Source: a virus (Duplodnaviria > Caudoviricetes). From it: 64,000 nt of DNA. The position numbers and the translations under genes were made by a program. The DNA lies in the IMG/VR virus record IMGVR_UViG_3300017565_000002, positions 128,001 to 192,000 of that record; one strand, 5' to 3'. The notes under the pieces are model-generated. The model made no database searches. It worked only from the letters and a program-made list of their open reading frames with translations, and was not told the DNA's origin. Numbering within the stretch: the first letter of the stretch is position 1; each line of letters starts with the position of its first letter. This document shows positions 1 through 9,850 of the stretch, piece after piece.

Positions 1-507
1 TCGATAATTCGGGATGCACTGTCGACGAATAAGGGTATTCCAGTAAGTATCCTGAATATGTATGTGGATGAAATCCGTCAGAGTGCTAATACTTTGCTTA
101 GCGAGACTTTCGACGGTCAACTCTATCTACACAAATTCCTGATCAACGAAAAGGAGTTTACAATACCATATCAACACAATGGTGAAATCTCTGATGACAT
201 ATCCAGAGCATCGTCATCTGAGCGGTCGTTTATTTCGACTTGTCTATCAATGGCAATCATCGAGCAGATTATCTCAGCCTATGGGATATTGAATCTTGAC
301 GAGGTTGATGCGGCAATGTCGAACAGCAATAAAATGATCTACTGCCATATTCTGATGAAACAAGCTAGGCGTATCGGGATCAATCAGATATACATCATTA
401 CTCATTCCTATGAGTTCTATGAGGCTTATCAGGATAGCATTGCGTATATCTTATTCCCCGGTCACGAATTGAATGAGAAGGGTAAAGATTGCATTAAAGT
501 GTATTAA
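1..507 (+). CDS. sbcC: SbcC/Rad50-like SMC ATPase, C-terminal part (5'-truncated by window)
   Basis: Frame open from base 1; ABC signature-like SSSERSFI, Walker B/D-loop ILNLDEVDAAM, H-loop IITHS. Confidence 0.85.
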   Translation, partial: SIIRDALSTNKGIPVSILNMYVDEIRQSANTLLSETFDGQLYLHKFLINEKEFTIPYQHNGEISDDISRASSSERSFISTCLSMAIIEQIISAYGILNLDEVDAAMSNSNKMIYCHILMKQARRIGINQIYIITHSYEFYEAYQDSIAYILFPGHELNEKGKDCIKVY

Positions 508-539
508 TCCACCTAGGTGTCATTGTGTGATAATTTAAG

Positions 540-549
540 TATATATTAT
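540..549 (+). promoter_or_regulatory. Phage early-promoter motif TATATATTAT
   Basis: Exact 10-mer found at seven intergenic sites upstream of RBS+ATG; resembles the phiKZ early consensus TATATTAC. Confidence 0.7.
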
Positions 550-580
550 CGACAAGAGAAGAGACTAGGAGGAGATAAGC

Positions 581-1282
581 ATGAAAGATGGAAACATTGT
601 TCGCGTATTAAGCATGGATCAATACGAAGCTTTTGAATCTTCTATCAAAGTAGTAAAATGGATGATGAAGAAATTTACACAAGGAAAGAATCTTAACTGG
701 ATTGCGAATAGATTGATTGTCGATTCTTGGACCGTCGAGTTGTTCCAGCCACAGCTCGACGAGATGAATGAGAAATTCAATCGTTTAATGTCGCATATGG
801 ATAACATATGCCAACAGGTAGCAGAAGAACCACATAAGTTACCACGAAATATGAGAGATAGAGTCTATAACTCACATGACAAATTTTATAAGATGATGAT
901 GGTGAAAGGCAATATATTCAGCCTCCTCTATGCGGAGAAAAGAGTATTGGGTGAAGATAATAAACATGTAGTTATTTGGAAAGGGAAAAAAAGTGACGCC
1001 GGGATATTAAATCAGCTGTTCGAATTCGTCAATGAAGTTGGAGTTCTATACTTTCAAATTATTTGCGAAGCGGTGTCTAGGCTGAATGGGCGTATACCTG
1101 GCATCGGTGAAAGTAAAACTAATGTATGGTGGCGTTTCATACGTGAAGTAGATGAACAACTGCACAATCTTATGGAAAAAGTTCTTCCTGTTGTGCTATG
1201 GTGTGAGAAATATGATGCGCCTATATTTCCTATATCCAACTTCGATAACCAGCAAGACGATAATGGTAGTTATGTAATATAA
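581..1282 (+). CDS. Hypothetical early protein, 233 aa
   Basis: AGGAGGAG RBS, long ORF, early motif upstream. Confidence 0.8.
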   Translation: MKDGNIVRVLSMDQYEAFESSIKVVKWMMKKFTQGKNLNWIANRLIVDSWTVELFQPQLDEMNEKFNRLMSHMDNICQQVAEEPHKLPRNMRDRVYNSHDKFYKMMMVKGNIFSLLYAEKRVLGEDNKHVVIWKGKKSDAGILNQLFEFVNEVGVLYFQIICEAVSRLNGRIPGIGESKTNVWWRFIREVDEQLHNLMEKVLPVVLWCEKYDAPIFPISNFDNQQDDNGSYVI

Positions 1283-1305
1283 TTTACCAAGGGGCGGTGG
1301 TAGTG

Positions 1306-1506
1306 ATGTATCATGGTGAATATACAACTCGTGAGTTAGATATTCAGATAAGAATTGATAACATTCAACGTTCCCAGAACTACAAGTATCCTTTAAGCTG
1401 GTATGCAAGTCTATCGGATAGTCAAATACGGGCAATGCATACTCAGCTCATGGTTGAGTATGCAAAGTCCCTAGAGGGACAGATAGAGAACGGGACGTTC
1501 ACCTGA
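1306..1506 (+). CDS. Small hypothetical protein
   Basis: Fills the gap in the + strand operon, G-rich RBS. Confidence 0.6.
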   Translation: MYHGEYTTRELDIQIRIDNIQRSQNYKYPLSWYASLSDSQIRAMHTQLMVEYAKSLEGQIENGTFT

Positions 1507-1567
1507 CGAGATCTATGAATGCAAAGATTCTAAAGAAGTTAAATATGAGAGGAGTATTAAAACGATT

Positions 1568-2035
1568 ATGATTAAAATAATACCAACCTTGATTGAGACG
1601 GTTCGTCAGAAACGAGAAGAGGAACACCTCGCCGCGGTGAATCAGCTTTTCGACCAAAGCCAACAGGGTAAATTCCTGATGAAAGATGACATCGTCTACT
1701 ATCAGGATGAAACTGGGCGGATGGTATCTACTCGGACACCTAGCGCGGCATTCTTGGTTGCTGCAAAATATTCATCGTACTCAAACGTACTTGATGGGCT
1801 TAGTAGTAGAGCTGCAACCGTCGTGGATGTCGAGAATCTTTTCATTCGGATATTGGAAGAAGATGAAAGGCTTAAAGGAAAGTTCCGGATAATCGCTGGA
1901 GATCTACATCTCGTTCAGAACGAGGAAGCCCAGTTGGTATTAACCGGTGATGAAATCTTCTATTTTGTTGAGAATGGCTTCACCGAAGATCGTATTAGAG
2001 ATTTCATTGTATATTCGATAGAGGAAGAAGAGTAG
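1568..2035 (+). CDS. Hypothetical protein, 155 aa
   Basis: GAGGAG RBS; ends in TAG inside a terminator hairpin. Confidence 0.8.
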   Translation: MIKIIPTLIETVRQKREEEHLAAVNQLFDQSQQGKFLMKDDIVYYQDETGRMVSTRTPSAAFLVAAKYSSYSNVLDGLSSRAATVVDVENLFIRILEEDERLKGKFRIIAGDLHLVQNEEAQLVLTGDEIFYFVENGFTEDRIRDFIVYSIEEEE

Positions 2036-2056
2036 GATATCCTACTCTTCTTTTTT
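2027..2056 (+). terminator. Intrinsic terminator
   Basis: GAAGAGTAGG-atat-CCTACTCTTC followed by T6. Confidence 0.85.
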
Positions 2057-2059
2057 GTA

Positions 2060-2088
2060 TTGACAACGTACGTAAATTACCCTATACT
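2060..2088 (+). promoter_or_regulatory. Host sigma-A-type promoter
   Basis: TTGACA (2060-2065), 17 bp spacer, TATACT (2083-2088). Confidence 0.7.
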
Positions 2089-2092
2089 TGAC

Positions 2093-2102
2093 TATATATT
2101 AT
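2093..2102 (+). promoter_or_regulatory. Phage early-promoter motif TATATATTAT
   Basis: Exact motif upstream of the 2144 ORF. Confidence 0.7.
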
Positions 2103-2143
2103 ACATATGAAATACCACTACATATTAAAGGAGAAATGGAAAC

Positions 2144-2431
2144 ATGGCGAGAGAAGGGATAAACAGATTTCAAACTGTAGGTATCCAGCGTCAATTGGAT
2201 GCCAGTTCAAGACAAGATGCAAAGGTTGCATTCCATGTCTCATGTAGTATTTGCATGAGACGTGGGGATATGGATTGTCGCACTTGCCCGATAAAGGCAG
2301 CACATGAACAAACGCTTGCGGTATTCGATGATCTGGAAGAGTTCGACAGGATGAAACGGGAAAGAGAGCGGGCAACAACCATTTCGAAAGATAACGTTGT
2401 TTCGCTTGTACAGAATCGGGAATTGATCTAA
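2144..2431 (+). CDS. Small Cys4 (CxxC...CxxC) putative zinc-binding protein, 95 aa
   Basis: AAGGAG RBS; CSIC and CRTC motifs; own promoter and terminator. Confidence 0.75.
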   Translation: MAREGINRFQTVGIQRQLDASSRQDAKVAFHVSCSICMRRGDMDCRTCPIKAAHEQTLAVFDDLEEFDRMKRERERATTISKDNVVSLVQNRELI

Positions 2432-2448
2432 GAAATACATAACGGATA

Positions 2449-2481
2449 GAAGAGATGCCGCTTTGACATCTCTTCTTTTTT
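2449..2481. terminator. Terminator between convergent genes
   Basis: GAAGAGATG / CATCTCTTC stem plus T-run. Confidence 0.75.
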
Positions 2482-2482
2482 G

Positions 2483-3700
2483 TCAAAGATAAGGAACCGG
2501 AATGACTTGGAACACCTGGTCAGTACGGGAACACTTTGCAACGTCGTTTTGATCATCAAATCGAAGTTGATGGAATTTCTTCTTCGGGAGTACGCCCGGA
2601 TACTGTTCCTTGAACTTCCGAAGCTCCTTTCCATTATTGTCGATTGCAATGAATTCCCAATCATGGTTCTTGAATGATTTCTTTACGGCCACCTTATATT
2701 TGCCTTCCATATCTATGGATGCTTCATGAGGTGTAAATTCAATCTTACCCTCACGGATCAAATCCGTCGCACGCTCAGAAAACCTTCTATCGGATTCGGA
2801 TCTATTCTTTTTTCTCTTATCTTTGTCCTTATCCTTTTTCTCCTTCTCATCTTTCTCAGGCGCTAAGCGGGAAGATGTGTTTGCGACAAGGTGTGGGAAA
2901 ACTTTCGCCAAAAGTGCCACGTTTTGATTTTTGTCGTTTTGGTTTTCGGCGATTTCTTTCTTCCGTTTTTGTTCGATATCCACTTTTGTTTTTTGGAGGT
3001 CCCCTATACCCCGTGCGTTTGCCGTACGGTTAGATAAGAGACCGTTTTTGGCCATGAAAAGATCCTTGAGCATAACGCCACGGTTGCGGGCTCTGGATTC
3101 TTTCGTCTCTATGATGAGTTTATCGATTTCTTGGATCGTTTTATCTACTTCTAAGACTGTTTGTCTAAGCAGGGTGATAGGTTCTTCAAACTTCTTGTCG
3201 AATTCGCGGGCTTCTCGTTCTTTCCGTTTTCTTTCCTCTTCTTCCTCGTTCTTCGGAGCGGCTGTTCCACCTTTTGTTTTGGAGCTAACACCCTCAAAGT
3301 CCTTACGTTCATTCTTCTTATCTTTCTTGGACTTGTGGAATTTTTCCTTATAATCCTCGATAGCACCGAATAGTATTCGTGATGCTTCCGGGAGATCCTT
3401 CATCTTCTTTTTTTCTTTTTTCTTTTTCTTCTTGTCTTTCTTCTTTTCCTTTTTGGACCTCTTTTCAGATTTCACTTCTTCTTTCTCTAATGCCCGATGC
3501 CTAGCCTTCAGCTGCTCCAATTCCTTTTGCCGTTCTTCGATTTCCCGTTCTGTTGAACGAGCCATCATGGATGCACCCGTCGAGTTTAGACGGATTTTAA
3601 TATATCCACTGGATGAACGTTGATCGGCAAAGTAATCCGCTTTCAGACCGGCTTCTTGTATATCCTCTTCCGGTACACGGAATTTTTTAGGTCTAGCCAT
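2483..3700 (-). CDS. Lys/Glu-rich coiled-coil protein with globular C-terminal domain, 405 aa
   Basis: GGAGG RBS; low-complexity KKEKKKDKKKKKKE tracts; late motif upstream. Confidence 0.8.
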   Translation of the reverse strand: MARPKKFRVPEEDIQEAGLKADYFADQRSSSGYIKIRLNSTGASMMARSTEREIEERQKELEQLKARHRALEKEEVKSEKRSKKEKKKDKKKKKKEKKKMKDLPEASRILFGAIEDYKEKFHKSKKDKKNERKDFEGVSSKTKGGTAAPKNEEEEERKRKEREAREFDKKFEEPITLLRQTVLEVDKTIQEIDKLIIETKESRARNRGVMLKDLFMAKNGLLSNRTANARGIGDLQKTKVDIEQKRKKEIAENQNDKNQNVALLAKVFPHLVANTSSRLAPEKDEKEKKDKDKDKRKKNRSESDRRFSERATDLIREGKIEFTPHEASIDMEGKYKVAVKKSFKNHDWEFIAIDNNGKELRKFKEQYPGVLPKKKFHQLRFDDQNDVAKCSRTDQVFQVIPVPYL

Positions 3701-3731
3701 GTTCTAAATCCCTCCTAAATGAAGTTCGATT

Positions 3732-3743
3732 TATAGGACTGTT
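3732..3743 (-). promoter_or_regulatory. Putative late (nvRNAP) promoter AACA-N6-TA
   Basis: Minus strand AACA-gtccta-TA about 30 nt above the ATG; matches the AR9 late consensus. Confidence 0.55.
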
Positions 3744-3830
3744 TTTTCGGGTACATATTATTTACATAGGTTTTTAGAAAGGAGAAAACACTTTGATGAT
3801 CAAGAAATCAAGAAGGAGGAAATCACATTA

Positions 3831-6800
3831 ATGCTTCCTAAGCCGTTATTACAGGGAATCGAAGCTGGAGCTGATGTATTAATACTTAATGTGCAATATC
3901 TTAGAGCAAGGAAAAAAGAAGATGGGAGTTACACACCCGACTACCTACATGTCGTTTATCGTGATAATACCACGGGGAAGAAACATCTCCAGATTATCAC
4001 AAATCCGACTACGGATATCTATGTGGTTAAACCTGAACATCGGGATGATTTCCGTACTCCAAGAGAATATGTGCCATTTGCGGTACTAGACAAACACAGT
4101 GTACCGTACCGCGAAAAGGAGCGGTATCTTTATAAGTTATTGGGCAGTAACCTATTAAGTGAAAGGGATAAACTCCTCAAGCAGTCGATCGATCGTGCGA
4201 CGGAATTGGGGATATGGAACGCTAGGAATGAAGTCCATAAATGGCGTAATGTATATTTCTCAGACTATGATATTGAGAACTATGCTTATATTACAGCCAA
4301 TCTTCATTACAAGCCCACATCGTTTAAGTTGACAAAGTCCTTTATGGATATCGAGACCGATGTATACGGGAAGAGTCGACACGATCAAGAGACTGGTAAG
4401 TGTAAAATATCGGCAGTCACCATCATCTATGATTATGCAGTAGATGGGTCAAAAAATTATAAACCCAAAGTCTTTACTCTTCTACTCCGGGATTATAAAC
4501 GATACCCACAGCAAGAAGAATTCGAGCGGAATATCGATACATTCTACGAGAAAGTACATGAGGAGTTTGATAAAAAATATGGAAACGCAGATTATCATAT
4601 TTTATTCTTCGACCGAGAAGACGAAATGCTTCTCACCCTATTCAAACTCCAGCACACACTCAAGCCGGATTTTACAGGCATATGGAATATGTCCTACGAT
4701 ATCCTTTACATTCAGAAGAAACTTGAATATCTGGGTATAGATCCGGCAGCAATGTTTTCTCACCCCGATTTCAAGAATACCCACATTAACTACTATTTAG
4801 ATGAGAAGTTTAAGAATGATTATAAAAACCGCGGAGATTCGTTCAACTGTCTGTCTTACACGAAGTATGTGGACGATATGCTGACATATGCAGGTCGTCG
4901 TAAGGGTGGACAGGATTATGGTTCAAGTAGCTTGGATAATGTCGCTTCAATTGAACTAAAGGAGAAAAAGAGGACTTACGATAACCCAGGCGTCAACGTT
5001 ATCAACGCGGCGATTCGGGAATATGAAAACTTTGTACTATATGGTATTACGGACGTTTGGTTATTAACAGCTATCGAGCGTAAGACGGGCGATATCGATG
5101 ACGTTTTCTTGAAGGGTTATGAGTCCGGGACAAAAATCGATAAAGCCAACCGCCAAACAGTAAGTCTGAAGGGATTATGGGATATATCCCACTTCGAACA
5201 AGGGTTTGTATTCGGCAACAACCTTAACGTGAGCTATCTCACGAGAAAAAATACCAACGATGAAGAAGTAGAAGCTCCCCAGAGTGGTGCATATGTCGAG
5301 ACCCTCAAGGGTGCATTGGTGGGTGATCCTGTTGCAATCAACCCAATCGGCGTGGCATTATTTGATGGAGAACGAAGTAATCGTATTTTCAAGAATAATA
5401 TAGACCTCGACGCTAAGGCAATGTATCCGTCTAATAAACTCGTCAATAATACAACGAGGTCAACACAACACGGACGACTTATCATTCCAGATAAGGTATC
5501 TCCGTTGGAATATGGCGTAAGCCCTCACTTACGGGGTGGAGAGTTTGTAGATGATTTTGAAACCAAAGACTATATCAAAATCGGTATTAAATGGTTTGGT
5601 CTACGCCGGGTAGATGAGTATGTCAGAGAATTTATACTCTATCGGAATAAATCAACGAAGAAAGCACTGGTCAAGAAAAAGAAACTTGGCGAGTTCTACA
5701 AATTGTGGTCGGACAAGATGTATAGTGTACTATCGGTTATTTTCCCGGCTGATATTGCATTAATATATCCGTTCTTATCGAGGGTGTTTAAACGAGATCA
5801 TAAAGATACAGATTGTGTTCTCTTTAATAGCTACGAAGATATTGAATACGACACGACACTCCTTTCCATTGTAGATTGGATAATAGAAGTACGTCCGATC
5901 ATGACAGAATCAGGAACTTTCTTTAAGCGTCACGAGGAAGGTCCAATCAGCCCCGGACTGAAGACGATCGATGGGCTTATCAAGCAACGTGACGTTTTAA
6001 AGGAAATTGAAATCCAACATGAGAAGCGTAACGAGTTAGAGGAAGCCAAGGACTATAAACTTAGACAGAATCGTAAAAAGACGTTTACAAACTCTGAATA
6101 TGGGGTCTCCGGCGCTCCTTCATCGGCCTTTTACTCCTATCATGTCGCACAATCAACAACGTCCAAGGGACAGACGTATATCGCACTTGCGATGACAACG
6201 TTTGAGGATTTCCTCTGTGACACCATTCAGTTCTACGATATGGATGAACTGTTCCATTTTTGCGATAATGTCATCAGAGAAATGCCGAAGTTTAACGATG
6301 CTGTATATGTTACGAAAGATAAGACGAAGAAAGAAGTATTGGAACGTCTACTGCGTAAGTGTCAGAATATTAAAGATCTGGACACAACCATCATCAAAGA
6401 ATTACTATCCAATATCCCACAGACGGCATTGAACCGATTATATTACAAATCCAACATACATGCATTCATTGAAGAGAACGTTGAAATCCAAAAATTGATC
6501 CGAACGTTCTTTATCAATACGCCGTTGTTTATGAACCCGAATAAACCACCAGCGATGAGTGAAAGACATCTGAAGAAATTGACCGACGTCATATTGGAGT
6601 ATTGTCAATACAACTATCCGTATTATGGACGGGTAGATCGGTTGATCCGGATTAATCGAAATGCCGTTATTGTTATTGATACAGATAGTAATATCATCTG
6701 TGTCGATGATATGATGAATCGGTTGAATAATTACATGGAGACGAAGTCGATATCCCGTATCAGTAGAAAGGGTGAGAAGTCAGATCGGGTAGCAGAGGAG

Positions 6801-7634
6801 CGTCGTTTGAGATCGATGAATACTGTGGCCTACATTCTGACTGAAGTTATCAGTCGCGTATTGAACAAGTTTAAAGTGGATACCAACGCACAGAATCATC
6901 CGTTCGGCGACTATAAAATGAAGAATGAGTTTGGCATACTCTCTCTTCTGGTCGCGTCCGGTAAGAAGCGGTATCTGCAATCCATTATTCTCCGTGAGGG
7001 CGAATATCTCTGGCCACCTAAGAAACATATTGCCGGGTTTGACTTTAAGAAACTGTCGGCGGCTCCGAAATCAGTCGGTAAATTCATCGAGTCCACACTC
7101 TTTGAATATATCGTATGTGATAACACTGATATCCCTGAGGCTTTGAGGCAGTTTATGAAACTGGAGAATAAGCTAAGGGGTGCATTACAGAGTGGAGACA
7201 AAGAATATTTCTCGATTGAAAAAGTAAAAACCATGGATTCCTATAAGGATGCCATGTCCAATGGCACGTTTAAGGCATGCTATATTTGGAATGCGTTGTA
7301 CCCGGATAAGGAGATCTCATTCCCGAACAGTGTATCCTTGGTTAAGATCAATATCAAATCCACCAAAGATATTGCCGATCTGGCCTTGGATGATAGGGAA
7401 ATGTTTGATCGCATGTCTGAGATTTTGAAACGTCCTACAATGAAAACTGGTGTTACTCAGATCGCGATTCCCCTAGATGAAGATATCCCTGATTGGATTC
7501 TGAAGCGAATGGATATTGAAACGATGCTGAATAAGAACATGGGGTTAGTGACGCCGATCTTAGAGGAGATTGGTGTGCGACCAGTGTACAAACGTAAGAG
7601 TGATCAGTACATCTCTAATGTAATTTCAATATAA
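3831..7634 (+). CDS. Family B DNA polymerase, phiKZ/AR9-like, single 1267-aa ORF
   Basis: ExoI FMDIETD, ExoII WNMSYDILYI, ExoIII YGITDVW, motif A DLDAKAMYPS, motif B KTFTNSEYG, motif C IDTDS. Confidence 0.92.
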   Translation: MLPKPLLQGIEAGADVLILNVQYLRARKKEDGSYTPDYLHVVYRDNTTGKKHLQIITNPTTDIYVVKPEHRDDFRTPREYVPFAVLDKHSVPYREKERYLYKLLGSNLLSERDKLLKQSIDRATELGIWNARNEVHKWRNVYFSDYDIENYAYITANLHYKPTSFKLTKSFMDIETDVYGKSRHDQETGKCKISAVTIIYDYAVDGSKNYKPKVFTLLLRDYKRYPQQEEFERNIDTFYEKVHEEFDKKYGNADYHILFFDREDEMLLTLFKLQHTLKPDFTGIWNMSYDILYIQKKLEYLGIDPAAMFSHPDFKNTHINYYLDEKFKNDYKNRGDSFNCLSYTKYVDDMLTYAGRRKGGQDYGSSSLDNVASIELKEKKRTYDNPGVNVINAAIREYENFVLYGITDVWLLTAIERKTGDIDDVFLKGYESGTKIDKANRQTVSLKGLWDISHFEQGFVFGNNLNVSYLTRKNTNDEEVEAPQSGAYVETLKGALVGDPVAINPIGVALFDGERSNRIFKNNIDLDAKAMYPSNKLVNNTTRSTQHGRLIIPDKVSPLEYGVSPHLRGGEFVDDFETKDYIKIGIKWFGLRRVDEYVREFILYRNKSTKKALVKKKKLGEFYKLWSDKMYSVLSVIFPADIALIYPFLSRVFKRDHKDTDCVLFNSYEDIEYDTTLLSIVDWIIEVRPIMTESGTFFKRHEEGPISPGLKTIDGLIKQRDVLKEIEIQHEKRNELEEAKDYKLRQNRKKTFTNSEYGVSGAPSSAFYSYHVAQSTTSKGQTYIALAMTTFEDFLCDTIQFYDMDELFHFCDNVIREMPKFNDAVYVTKDKTKKEVLERLLRKCQNIKDLDTTIIKELLSNIPQTALNRLYYKSNIHAFIEENVEIQKLIRTFFINTPLFMNPNKPPAMSERHLKKLTDVILEYCQYNYPYYGRVDRLIRINRNAVIVIDTDSNIICVDDMMNRLNNYMETKSISRISRKGEKSDRVAEERRLRSMNTVAYILTEVISRVLNKFKVDTNAQNHPFGDYKMKNEFGILSLLVASGKKRYLQSIILREGEYLWPPKKHIAGFDFKKLSAAPKSVGKFIESTLFEYIVCDNTDIPEALRQFMKLENKLRGALQSGDKEYFSIEKVKTMDSYKDAMSNGTFKACYIWNALYPDKEISFPNSVSLVKINIKSTKDIADLALDDREMFDRMSEILKRPTMKTGVTQIAIPLDEDIPDWILKRMDIETMLNKNMGLVTPILEEIGVRPVYKRKSDQYISNVISI

Positions 7635-7639
7635 GAGAA

Positions 7640-7675
7640 AGAAGTAGAGCTTAGCGGCTCTACTTCTTCTTTTTT
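7640..7675. terminator. Bidirectional terminator
   Basis: AGAAGTAGAGC-ttagcg-GCTCTACTTCT plus T-run, between convergent genes. Confidence 0.85.
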
Positions 7676-8099
7676 ACGGATCAGGAGTTCTCTCTAAGTA
7701 ATGCGGAGCTTCCATTGACATCCCGTCATCTTGATCAGGTGTCAAATAGCTTGGCTTCTCATCAGTAGGGGGAGAATCTTGTTTAACCGGTTTTCTCTTT
7801 TTTGGCTTAGGCTTAGGGGGGTTTATTGTTTTCGCATGCAGATGAGCTGAGGTCGATGCAATGATGAAGGAATTAAAGAACGATAAGACATAGACCTTCC
7901 AGTCATGCATATTAGACCCGATAGCAGCCTGAGTCGAAATTACAACGGTGAACGATACGGCTATTGCGTAAATATCTGTAGGTATATTGACGTACTTGTC
8001 AACTACTGCTTTGGTGTATTGTACAAATAAGAATACGAGTAATGCAGAACTACTCACCGTGGCTAAAGACTCCCAAGTAAACAGTTGACCATCTGCCAT
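7674..8099 (-). CDS. Holin-like small membrane protein
   Basis: GGAGG RBS; three hydrophobic segments, FTWESLAT N-terminus, basic C-tail. Confidence 0.5.
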   Translation of the reverse strand: MADGQLFTWESLATVSSSALLVFLFVQYTKAVVDKYVNIPTDIYAIAVSFTVVISTQAAIGSNMHDWKVYVLSFFNSFIIASTSAHLHAKTINPPKPKPKKRKPVKQDSPPTDEKPSYLTPDQDDGMSMEAPHYLERTPDP

Positions 8100-8147
8100 T
8101 AGTATCCAACCTCCTTTTATAAATGTTTAGCTATTTTGTCATGCATC

Positions 8148-8157
8148 TATATATTAT
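8148..8157 (+). promoter_or_regulatory. Phage early-promoter motif TATATATTAT
   Basis: Exact motif upstream of the 8232 start. Confidence 0.7.
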
Positions 8158-8231
8158 ATCTATGAGTAATAATTAACAGCAATTGAAACAAGCTATTGAG
8201 AGTTTTCCAAATTATTCAAAGGAGAATGAGT

Positions 8232-9080
8232 ATGGCCACGAATAACGAAAGAGAAAGACAAAACATCCCAAGTAACACATATGGATACGTCAGTCGCAAT
8301 TACGAAACGCAGACTGCGCTTGCAGTCAACTATTTTAACAAGATGGCCAGTGTTTCTATCCATCTTCCGTCGTCGGACAAAAAGGGTGAATATACATCCT
8401 TTGATTACAGCTCGGGTGTGACCGCATATCTTACACCAAAGGACTGCAAACTTTTGGCCAAACGTGGCCACAAGGCATTGAAAGCGTTGGAAGAAACCGG
8501 TCAGTTTGACGGGTTCGCTATCCCACTTAAACGCGGCCTTGTAGAAATCATTCAAGTCGCAGAGCTTCGGAAAAAGATTCGGTCATTGACTGGAGATGCA
8601 AATCCGTCTGATGTGGCGGTCGTTATCTATACAGAAATGAACGAAGAGGACAAAAAGACCTCCAAATTCTTGGCACACGTATTCAACATGGACTTGGTCA
8701 TCAAGGGCTACAGCCCGGAAACTGGCGACTACGATAAAGAAAGAGAAAGTATTGAATTCGAATACTTCCTCTCGGCATTGTCGCAATTCGCTAATGCAAT
8801 GACCAATGGTTATGTGCATGCACAGAAAGAAGACTCCAAGTACGAACGAACCAAATGGGAACGAAATGTATTTGAACTGGCTGCTGCACTGAACGTTGAC
8901 CTTTCGAAGCCGGGCGCACGGAGCAACAATAACACCAATCGAGGCAAAGATGGTGGTTGGGGATCTGCTCCATCCGGCGATGAACGGTACGCGGGTGGTA
9001 AAGATACTACCCGATACAGCGCGGAAATCGTTAACGCATCGGAAGATGAGGTAGACAATATCATTAAACAAATGCTGTAA
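8232..9080 (+). CDS. Hypothetical protein, possibly ssDNA-binding (Gly-rich linker, acidic tail)
   Basis: AAAGGAGA RBS 6 nt above ATG 8232; sits among replication genes; SSB function is a guess from tail composition. Confidence 0.45.
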   Translation: MATNNERERQNIPSNTYGYVSRNYETQTALAVNYFNKMASVSIHLPSSDKKGEYTSFDYSSGVTAYLTPKDCKLLAKRGHKALKALEETGQFDGFAIPLKRGLVEIIQVAELRKKIRSLTGDANPSDVAVVIYTEMNEEDKKTSKFLAHVFNMDLVIKGYSPETGDYDKERESIEFEYFLSALSQFANAMTNGYVHAQKEDSKYERTKWERNVFELAAALNVDLSKPGARSNNNTNRGKDGGWGSAPSGDERYAGGKDTTRYSAEIVNASEDEVDNIIKQML

Positions 9081-9153
9081 GTCGACATGATGAATCCGGG
9101 TCAGATATACTGATCCGGATAATTCATTATTCTATAGAATGGGTGATTAGCCT

Positions 9154-9837
9154 ATGCTTACCATGGGACTATCCAGACCCGAACGAATATTGGTTCTCAA
9201 CTACAATACCATCTTTTTTCAGAGTGTCGGATTTGCCCGATACATGATGGAAAATGGCGCAGAGAATCCATTATTCGATGGATTAGATGAATTCGGCTAC
9301 TTTTATCTTTTTTGCAATGCCAAAGAGCGAAACTCAGCCAGCGTACTAGGGAATGATGTGAATGAACCTTCATATTTCAACTTTATTAAGAAGAAATATG
9401 TTGAGGTTAGCCAGTTATCTCCCGTGACAGATGTATACTCGGTTCTATCAGTCGTTGCATTGCAGAAATTCGTCGATAAAATATTCATTGCTTCTATCTC
9501 GCCTTTTGAACGTCTAGCCGATATGAAACGGTGTGAGCATGTCATGTTTGACATCTTCGACGTAAAAGAGGTTGAGCAATTTGTTGAAGAGAATAAAATT
9601 ACCACAATATTCCTACCCGACATTCGAATGGTACACGATATTGTATTCAACTTCAAGACAAATGTCGATAGCATGACGTTCATCGTCTCCAAACTCATGA
9701 ATAACTTCTCGGAGTTAGAAGATCGAATCGTCAGTCAATGTCAGCATGTATTTGATGCAAAGCAAGAGTATAATTACAACGTAGCTTATATCAACCTGCA
9801 TGATATTACAAGGGACTTTATTAAATCCGAAATCTAA
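9154..9837 (+). CDS. Hypothetical protein, 227 aa
   Basis: Long ORF filling the operon before the chaperonin. Confidence 0.75.
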   Translation: MLTMGLSRPERILVLNYNTIFFQSVGFARYMMENGAENPLFDGLDEFGYFYLFCNAKERNSASVLGNDVNEPSYFNFIKKKYVEVSQLSPVTDVYSVLSVVALQKFVDKIFIASISPFERLADMKRCEHVMFDIFDVKEVEQFVEENKITTIFLPDIRMVHDIVFNFKTNVDSMTFIVSKLMNNFSELEDRIVSQCQHVFDAKQEYNYNVAYINLHDITRDFIKSEI

Positions 9838-9850
9838 AGGAGAAATCGAT

